From: a virus
DNA length: 20,667 nt
Direction: 5' to 3' (one strand)
Virus record (IMG/VR): IMGVR_UViG_3300029428_000026
Span: 3,834-24,500 of that record
The translations under genes were made by a program, and so were the position numbers. Below the pieces are notes generated by a model, which did not search any database, was not told the DNA's origin, and saw only the letters and a list, made by a program, of their open reading frames with translations. Below are positions 1-5,708 of the stretch, in pieces. Every line of letters starts with the position of its first letter. Within the stretch, counting starts at the first letter, position 1.

Positions 1-34
1 GCAATCGTACAGAGAGATCAACTACAACCTCCAG

Positions 35-85
35 GAATAGCCCTGGAATCTCGTATACCCCCTGGAATCTCGTATAGGGCTATTC
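35..85. repeat. A 9-bp inverted repeat, GAATAGCCC (35-43) / GGGCTATTC (77-85), encloses two 16-bp direct repeats CCTGGAATCTCGTATA (42-57 and 61-76).
   Basis: Read directly. The right arm overlaps the stop codon (80-82) of the minus-strand gene 80..1015. Confidence 0.8.
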
Positions 86-1015
86 ATCGGGAAGTCCATG
101 TCGCATAATCATCTCCATAAGCAAAAGCATGGAAGCGGTGGTGTCTGATTTTCCACCGAGCCATTTCCAAACAAGGATATCCGAGACGCGAAGAATCTGG
201 GATGCCTTTTTGACGGCGGATGTTTTGTTAACGAGATGATAGCGGGATTGAACCCATCCAATGAATGCTTGTGCAGAGGTGTCGAGAGTTTTTTTCAGAT
301 TGTCATTGGGCCCTTTACTGCCCATGAGACTTTCCATGCGCTCTACTGTTGAGCTTTTCAGCATACTGTTTTCCCTGATCCATCTGGCAACCGTAGCGGG
401 AGAGACTCCGAGCAAATCCGATGCTTGATTGTATATGTCTCTTGGGCGAGTCTTTTCGTATTTTTGGGCTACCCATTGCAAAAAGTTTTCCAATATGCTT
501 TTCCGTGATGGTTGATTTGTGGGGAGGCCGAGAAGAATTTCCTCTGCCCGATCAATGATTTCTTGAGAAGGAGTGGATAAGCCCTTTGCCCAGTAATAGA
601 CGGTATTAAAATTTTCTTCCAAGAGCGAAGCGCTTATTCTAGCGGCCTCCTTCATGGATTTGCACCCATGAGCGTTTTTTACCGTTTCAAAAAAGGCCAT
701 GATGGAATCATGCCTCCTGCATCTTTCCTTACTGCTTTTTTTCTTATATTCCTCATATCGTTCAGATTTTACAGGGATATACGTGGAAGTCACATATTCG
801 GCAGAGCCGGAGTAGACGTAATGGGCAGGGGGAGGATTTTTCACGATGCGAGCCATGGCCTGAACAACATTTTCGCTAATCGTGTGTTTTTTCATCCGGG
901 CCTTGATCGTATGCTCCGAAACTCCGAGGAAGTCGGCAGCTTTTATCATGGCAGCTTTTAAGGTTTTTGTCCCGTAGGTGATTTTAATCCACTCCACAAA
1001 TTCTTTCGTAGTCAT
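80..1015 (-). CDS. DNA-binding protein built from four tandem helix-turn-helix-like repeats (311 aa); putative phage regulator
   Basis: The module xFxxWVxxxY...AS.LLGVS..TV..W...ME..M recurs four times, beginning near aa 6, 108, 178 and 251. ATG start. Low GC relative to the late operon. Confidence 0.75.
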   Translation of the reverse strand: MTTKEFVEWIKITYGTKTLKAAMIKAADFLGVSEHTIKARMKKHTISENVVQAMARIVKNPPPAHYVYSGSAEYVTSTYIPVKSERYEEYKKKSSKERCRRHDSIMAFFETVKNAHGCKSMKEAARISASLLEENFNTVYYWAKGLSTPSQEIIDRAEEILLGLPTNQPSRKSILENFLQWVAQKYEKTRPRDIYNQASDLLGVSPATVARWIRENSMLKSSTVERMESLMGSKGPNDNLKKTLDTSAQAFIGWVQSRYHLVNKTSAVKKASQILRVSDILVWKWLGGKSDTTASMLLLMEMIMRHGLPDE

Positions 1016-1057
1016 AGCGGGGAAGGAGGGGCGACGAAAACCGCCCCTAGAGGTTAT

Positions 1058-1381
1058 TTAGCGAGCTTCAACGCGGGAAGCGTCCTGCGTCCAGTTGAGG
1101 TTTTCTCCTTCAATTTCTTCGCCCGTCATTTGTTCAAAGACCATGAAGATTTCAACCTTGTTCCCTTCTGCATCATAGCCGGGAGCAGACCATTCTTCCA
1201 TATAGCTGCCGTCTTCGTATTTGTCCGCATAGGAGCCAGGGAAAACCCTGTTGGTGTATTCCATCTGGCGCGCTGCATAGTAGGTCTTGCCTTCAAACTT
1301 GTAGCTGCCAAATTCACGTTCAAGAGCGGTCAGGTTGATTTCTTCTCCGTCTTCCGTGGTGATGATTTTGTTATCGTTCAT
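1058..1381 (-). CDS. Small, strongly acidic hypothetical protein (107 aa; 24 D/E vs 10 K/R)
   Basis: Clean ATG ORF just upstream of, and co-oriented with, 80..1015. Composition counted by hand. No family recognised. Confidence 0.65.
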   Translation of the reverse strand: MNDNKIITTEDGEEINLTALEREFGSYKFEGKTYYAARQMEYTNRVFPGSYADKYEDGSYMEEWSAPGYDAEGNKVEIFMVFEQMTGEEIEGENLNWTQDASRVEAR

Positions 1382-1455
1382 TGTCTTGTTCTTTCTAGTT
1401 TTGTTATTTGGATTATGTCTTCGTTCGGTCCCTTACCTCCCGTCAACAAAATTAA

Positions 1456-1478
1456 GTTACTATAAAATTTATAGTAAC
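1456..1478. promoter_or_regulatory. Perfect palindrome GTTACTATAAA-A-TTTATAGTAAC (11-bp arms); operator-like site in the leftward promoter region
   Basis: Read directly. It lies in the ~300-bp AT-rich noncoding stretch upstream of the minus-strand genes 1058..1381 and 80..1015. Confidence 0.55.
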
Positions 1479-1648
1479 GCAAGAGAAAAAATGAAAAAAG
1501 GTGAAAAAAGTTGTCATTCCGTTTTTGCTTGCGGCCTGGCGCAGAATATGAGAGAAGTAATTTGTTCTTTCTAGGAACACGTCAGCCCTCCGGGGCTGTG
1601 GATTAAAACGATCACAAGATCAGCACGAGCGGAAACGCTCATTCCCTT

Positions 1649-1676
1649 AAAAAGGGCGGTTCTTCGGGGCTGCCCT
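1649..1676 (-). terminator. Candidate intrinsic terminator after the minus-strand gene 1680..2198
   Basis: Stem AGGGCGG (1653-1659) / CTGCCCT (1670-1676), flanked by an A-run (1649-1653) and a T-run (1676-1681). On the minus-strand RNA one stem position is an A:C mismatch, so the hairpin is only moderate. Confidence 0.45.
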
Positions 1677-1679
1677 TTT

Positions 1680-2198
1680 TTATTCCTTCGGGACGGCAGG
1701 GGCGGCAAGTACCCGCCATCCGGCGCCGCTGCCATGTCCGCATTTGCGGAAGCGTTGTGCAGCACAAACCAGGAGCTTATAGACCTTTTTCCCCTTTTCT
1801 TCGCCGTACCGGTCTATCATGTAGAGTTTGAGATTCCGAGCCGTGACTTTCTCTCCATCCGGGGATTCCAGCAGCCATATCTTTGCATGGCAATTTGTCT
1901 CAAATTTCCCTGTTCTGGGGTGCTTCCTGGGGCCGGGAACTCCCCGATGCTTGCAAGCCTCCTGAAAGGCTTCTGACGTGATTTTCCGCCCCTTCTGGGC
2001 TGCATTCGCGCAAGGATAAGAGCAATGTTTCCGCCGAAAGAGTTTTTTAGCGCGGAATTCCTTTCCGCACACGGGGCAGGTGATAGTTTCCCAGGCGGCG
2101 TCATAGTGTGCCTTGAGGCAAGCGCGGGAGCAGTATACGCTTTCCCGCGCTCCGTAGCGCGGCGGAACATCCTTGCCGCATATAGGACACTTTTTCAC
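1680..2198 (-). CDS. Double zinc-ribbon protein (2x CPxCGK...CSxxC) with a NUMOD-like, homing-endonuclease-type DNA-binding C-terminus (172 aa). No nuclease motif seen.
   Basis: GTG start (reverse complement of 2196-2198). Motifs: CPICGK..YCSRAC, CPVCGK..HCSYPC, then GRKITSEAF..HPRTGKF and KIWLLESPDGEKVTARNLKLYM. Confidence 0.7.
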   Translation of the reverse strand: MKKCPICGKDVPPRYGARESVYCSRACLKAHYDAAWETITCPVCGKEFRAKKLFRRKHCSYPCANAAQKGRKITSEAFQEACKHRGVPGPRKHPRTGKFETNCHAKIWLLESPDGEKVTARNLKLYMIDRYGEEKGKKVYKLLVCAAQRFRKCGHGSGAGWRVLAAPAVPKE

Positions 2199-2303
2199 AA
2201 AATCTGTATATGTGAGAGGGTCAGATTTGTCAATGGGCCCAGAAAGGAATGAACAAACAGAGTGCTTGATTTGCTAGCTACTTGTCCTCTAGAGTAGACC
2301 TGC

Positions 2304-2819
2304 AGGAAAAAGAAGCAATCACCTACCGCCAACAAGAAAATAGGACGGCCCAGCCTCTATACGGAGGCATTAGCCGACGAGATAGCCTCCCGTTTAGCCA
2401 ACGGGGAAACGATGAAGTCCATTTGCTCGGACGATCACATGCCGGAGGTTTTAACTGTCTGGAGATGGAGGCACGAACGGGAAGAGTTTTGTAAACTCAT
2501 TCAACGCGCGCGGGAAGCGCAGTCAGAAGCCATGCTCGACGAGTGTCAGTCTTTGTCAGATGCCGCTGCCCAGGTTGCCCTCGACCCCGAATGCGGATCC
2601 GCCTCCGTCGCTGCCAAGAAGCTCGCCATTGAAACGCGGCTGAAAGTTGCCGCCCGTTTTGCCCCCGAGAAATTCGGCGACCGAGTCCGGCAGGATGTAG
2701 CGGGCGTTCCCGGCGCTCCATTGGAACGCAAAATCACCCTGGACCCCGAGCAGCTTGCCCAGCTCCGGGAAGACGAGAAAACCGCGCTGGAAACCATTGC
2801 CGGCAAACTCCACCCTTAA
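2304..2819 (+). CDS. terS: Terminase small subunit. Proposed AGG start at 2304; the first canonical start is ATG 2412.
   Basis: The frame is open from 2298. GRPSLYTEALADEIASRLANGETMKSICSDDHMPEV..W, the typical TerS HTH N-terminus, is encoded at 2343-2411, upstream of ATG 2412. There is no in-frame ATG/GTG/TTG in 2298-2411. C-terminal ...RFAPEKFGDR is typical of the family. Confidence 0.85.
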   Translation, partial: RKKKQSPTANKKIGRPSLYTEALADEIASRLANGETMKSICSDDHMPEVLTVWRWRHEREEFCKLIQRAREAQSEAMLDECQSLSDAAAQVALDPECGSASVAAKKLAIETRLKVAARFAPEKFGDRVRQDVAGVPGAPLERKITLDPEQLAQLREDEKTALETIAGKLHP

Positions 2820-2825
2820 TCGAGC

Positions 2826-4199
2826 AGGAACCATCTCCCCGTCAGCTTCTTCCTCCGTCACATTCTCGGACTCGATCCTTATCCCTGGCAAATCGAGGCC
2901 ATCAAGGCATTGCTTCTTGGAAAGGTGAGGCTGGGAGGTCGAAGCGTGGCCATGGTTGCTCCGAACGGATCGGGAAAGACGAGCCTATCCATTGCGCCCG
3001 CAATCCTGTGTTTCCTTACCTATTTTCCTCGGGGTCAGGTGCCAGTCACGTCATCATCATGGATGCAGGTAGAAAAACAGCTCTTTCCCGCGCTTCGCCG
3101 CTATATGGATAACCCTTTCTTTGACGGCTGGACATTCAACAAAACCGAAATCCGCACGCCGGAAGGAGGATTTGCCGTGGGATTCTCAACCGACAACGCG
3201 GGACGCGCAGAAGGGTGGCATCCGAAAATCTCGCCCGACGTGGATCCCGTCTTTTACGTCCTGGACGAAGCCAAGACCATTCCCGACTCCATCTTCACCG
3301 CTGTTTCCCGCTGCACGCTCTTCAACGCGTTCATCACCTCGTCGCCGGGTGCCGATTCCGGAACCTTTTACGACTGCTTCCACAAAAATTCATCCCTCTA
3401 CTACAAAATCCGCGTTAAATACGAGGATTGCCCGCACATCGAAATCAACGATCCAGGCAAGGCCGAACGCCTGAAAAAAGAATACGGCGAACAGTCCTCC
3501 TTCTACCGCTCGGCCATCCTCGGCGAATTCACGGACCTTGACGGGCAATCCGTCATTTCCCGCCGCGCCATCATGGAGCTGCTCAACAACCCGCCTCCCT
3601 TTTTGGACACCGGGGAGACCTGCGGCGGCTTTGACTTCGCCGCCGGGGGTGATGAGAATGTCTTCGCGGCCGGACAGGGCAACCGTTTTTTCATCGCCGA
3701 CCACTGGGCCGACCCAGACACTGTAGGAGCGCGCGGACGTTTCCGCCGAAAGGCCGCCGAACTCGGCATCTCTGCCGACCGCATCTTTGCCGACGGCGAC
3801 GGACTGGGGCTTCCCATCATTGACGACTTCCGGGCTGAGGGTTTCCCCGTGCACTCCTACCGGGGAGGCTTCCCGGCAGATGACACACAAGCCTTTGTCA
3901 ACCTCCGCGCCCAAGCATGGAGGGCACTAGCCCGAGCCATCGAAGAAAAAGAGCTCATTCTCGACATCGACGAGGATACCGTTGAGCAACTGGTCGCCCC
4001 CCGCCTCCAGACGGACGCGATTGGGCGCGTCAAAATCGAGAGCAAGGAGGACATGGCAAAGCGGGGCGTCCGCTCTCCAGACCGTGCTGACGCGCTCGTC
4101 ATGGCCTGGCACGCGCGCCGGCACAGCGGACTTGTCCGGGAGCTTGGGACTTGGTATGCCAGACATCCGGCACAAAAACGCGCCATTGGCAGATATTAG
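2826..4199 (+). CDS. terL: Terminase large subunit. Proposed AGG start at 2826; the ORF track starts at TTG 2910.
   Basis: Walker A is VAPNGSGKTS. The conserved N-terminal LGLDPYPWQIEAIKAL is encoded at 2865-2909, upstream of TTG 2910. There is no in-frame ATG/GTG/TTG between the TerS stop (2817-2819) and 2910, and none in any frame across roughly 2806-2880. Confidence 0.9.
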   Translation, partial: RNHLPVSFFLRHILGLDPYPWQIEAIKALLLGKVRLGGRSVAMVAPNGSGKTSLSIAPAILCFLTYFPRGQVPVTSSSWMQVEKQLFPALRRYMDNPFFDGWTFNKTEIRTPEGGFAVGFSTDNAGRAEGWHPKISPDVDPVFYVLDEAKTIPDSIFTAVSRCTLFNAFITSSPGADSGTFYDCFHKNSSLYYKIRVKYEDCPHIEINDPGKAERLKKEYGEQSSFYRSAILGEFTDLDGQSVISRRAIMELLNNPPPFLDTGETCGGFDFAAGGDENVFAAGQGNRFFIADHWADPDTVGARGRFRRKAAELGISADRIFADGDGLGLPIIDDFRAEGFPVHSYRGGFPADDTQAFVNLRAQAWRALARAIEEKELILDIDEDTVEQLVAPRLQTDAIGRVKIESKEDMAKRGVRSPDRADALVMAWHARRHSGLVRELGTWYARHPAQKRAIGRY

Positions 4200-4201
4200 G
4201 G

Positions 4202-4242
4202 TTGACAATATATCAACATATCTATATGTGTTGATTTATATT
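4202..4242 (+). promoter_or_regulatory. Promoter-like AT-rich block with an operator-like inverted repeat, immediately upstream of the tRNA
   Basis: One candidate is TTGACA (4202-4207) + 17 nt + TATGTG (4225-4230). An alternative is TCAACA (4213-4218) + 18 nt + TATATT (4237-4242). Inverted repeat ATCAACATAT (4212-4221) / ATGTGTTGAT (4226-4235) matches 9/10. Confidence 0.45.
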
Positions 4243-4246
4243 CAAT

Positions 4247-4320
4247 CGCAGGGTAGTGAAACGGTATCATATGAGGTTCCTGTCCTCATGTCGGAGGTCC
4301 AACTCCTCCCCCTGCAACCA
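4247..4320 (+). tRNA. tRNA with anticodon CCT (decodes AGG), an initiator-type acceptor stem (C1xA72) and an encoded CCA
   Basis: Hand-folded cloverleaf. Acceptor CGCAGGG/CCCTGCA; U8 A9; D stem GTGA/TCAT; D loop AACGGTA. Anticodon stem TGAGG/CCTCA; loop TT-CCT-GT; variable loop TGTC. T stem GGAGG/CCTCC; T loop TCCAACT; discriminator A; CCA. Atypical points are C at position 55 and the 1:72 mismatch. Confidence 0.8.
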
Positions 4321-4343
4321 ACCTTTTCTTTTCCTCCCGCCGC

Positions 4344-5708
4344 AGGTTTAACGCCGTCCGAAATATCCTCAACGCCCCGAAGCTGGTCGCCCAACAGGAG
4401 ACCAGAATCAAGGAGCTGGAAACAGACCTCGCCCGGCAAGCCTTGACGGACCGGAGCCGCACTCCTGGCCGCCCTCAATGGTTTGAATACTGGGACCCTC
4501 TTCAGGGCGCCGGCTTGCAAACACTTATCGATGCACGCAACGAAGCCAGACGCGGCGCCTTTGCGCGGCAAATGCTCATCTGGGACGAGGTTATCTACTC
4601 GGACGGACTTCTGGGCATGCTCTACTCCCGGTTGATTGAAAGCGTTTCCATGCAGGGCTGGAAGATTGACGCCGCGGACGACAGCCCGGAAGCCCAGCAG
4701 CAGAAAAACGCCCTGGAAGAATTCTACAACTCCGTCAACGGACTTCAGCAGTCCTTCGGGCATCTGGCCTCCGCTCTGTTCTACGGCTACGCCCACCTCC
4801 AATATATTGAGGACGCCTGGGGCCGGAGGTTTGAATTCATTCCCCAGCGTTACTGGGTGCGGCCCGGGGAACTTAATGAGTGGCAATTTAACCCCCACTG
4901 TTATATCGGCGTCGATACCGGGGAAAGTGTGGAAGACGAAACTCTCGTCGTGATGGAGCACCGTTACCCCATCCTGTTCCCTGCTTCCCGCGCATCCTTT
5001 GAGCGCAACCACGCCAAGATGATCTGGGACAACCACATGGACCGTTACGGCTCCGCCCCGGCTATTATCACAGCCCCCAAGGAGGCAAGCGCCGCTGTTA
5101 TGGACGCACTTGAGCGCGCCTGCGAAGAGCTCAAGTCTGGCGCATCCGTCGTCCTGCCTCCCGGCTGTACAGCAGAACCTCTCAAGGCATCCTCCATCAA
5201 CGAAAACTACTTCCTATCCCGCATCAACATGGCCGACAAGGATCAGGTGCGGTTTGTGATGGCAGGAACCTTGACTGTTCTGAATGAATCGGGCTCCGGC
5301 ACGCTGGCCGGGTCTGCCCATACGGACAGCTGGAACTCGGTGGTCTCCGCCGTGTGCTCCAAGGTAGCGGAAGCTTTTAACGCCTCCATCAGCCCGCTGG
5401 TGCTGAGAGACGGCGAACCGCTGGCCCGCCTCCAAATCACCTTTGACACCGTTCAGACGCCGCTGCAGAAGGCCGAGGAAATTGCCACTCTTGCGGATGG
5501 AGGCGTCCGTCCCGAGAAAACCGAAATCGAAGAAAAGATCGGCATGTCCATCGAAGACGCGAAGGCAGCCGATCCCGCAGCGGCTGCCGTCAACCGGGAA
5601 CCGGAAGGCACATACATCCCCGCCGACGCTTACGAGCAGCTGCAGCAGCTCATTTATACCGGGCTCATGAAAGGATTTAGCGATGATCAGTACCAAACAA
5701 ATCAATGA
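4344..5708 (+). CDS. Portal protein, Mu gp29/DUF935-like. Proposed AGG start at 4344; the canonical alternative is TTG 4443.
   Basis: Resembles the Mu gp29 N-terminal region (..LQTLIDARNEARRGAF..DEVIYSDGLLG..). The frame is open upstream and encodes the plausible coiled coil MFNAVRNILNAPKLVAQQETRIKELETDLARQA. Confidence 0.85.
   Translation, partial: RFNAVRNILNAPKLVAQQETRIKELETDLARQALTDRSRTPGRPQWFEYWDPLQGAGLQTLIDARNEARRGAFARQMLIWDEVIYSDGLLGMLYSRLIESVSMQGWKIDAADDSPEAQQQKNALEEFYNSVNGLQQSFGHLASALFYGYAHLQYIEDAWGRRFEFIPQRYWVRPGELNEWQFNPHCYIGVDTGESVEDETLVVMEHRYPILFPASRASFERNHAKMIWDNHMDRYGSAPAIITAPKEASAAVMDALERACEELKSGASVVLPPGCTAEPLKASSINENYFLSRINMADKDQVRFVMAGTLTVLNESGSGTLAGSAHTDSWNSVVSAVCSKVAEAFNASISPLVLRDGEPLARLQITFDTVQTPLQKAEEIATLADGGVRPEKTEIEEKIGMSIEDAKAADPAAAAVNREPEGTYIPADAYEQLQQLIYTGLMKGFSDDQYQTNQ

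Noticed and set aside
42-76. The direct repeats as Mu-type transposase-binding ends, given the Mu-like head genes.
   Set aside because: There is no transposase gene or terminal TG...CA arrangement in view, and I recognise no similarity to MuA sites. The window edge prevents any test.
1491-1574. Small ORF MKKGEKSCHSVFACGLAQNMREVICSF, and the 79-aa ORF 1335..1574, in the leftward control region.
   Set aside because: They are short and low-complexity, overlap the likely promoter/operator DNA, and have no supporting signal.
2282-2494. Frameshifting into terS from the TTG 2282 ORF, and into the capsid frame from TTG 7305 (ORF 7305..7661).
   Set aside because: Both would need +1 shifts with no recognisable shift site. 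The upstream ORF products are junk-like. The amidase leader has no upstream start in any frame, so frameshifting cannot be the general explanation.
2295-2819. Stop-codon reassignment or read-through (TAG 2295, TAA 2817, TAG 7273) to supply the missing N-termini.
   Set aside because: TAA, TAG and TGA all terminate well-defined genes in this window. Reading through TAG 7273 or the stops before the amidase still finds no canonical start upstream.
2340-2864. ATA 2340 (terS), ATT 2862 (terL), ATA 15413/15425 (amidase) and CTG 7333 (capsid) as near-cognate starts.
   Set aside because: Each is possible under table 11. However, no single rare codon explains all the genes, the SD spacing for ATA 15413 (1 nt) is poor, and none has a dedicated decoder. 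In-frame AGG is common to all eight genes and matches the tRNA. I kept these as alternatives, not as calls.
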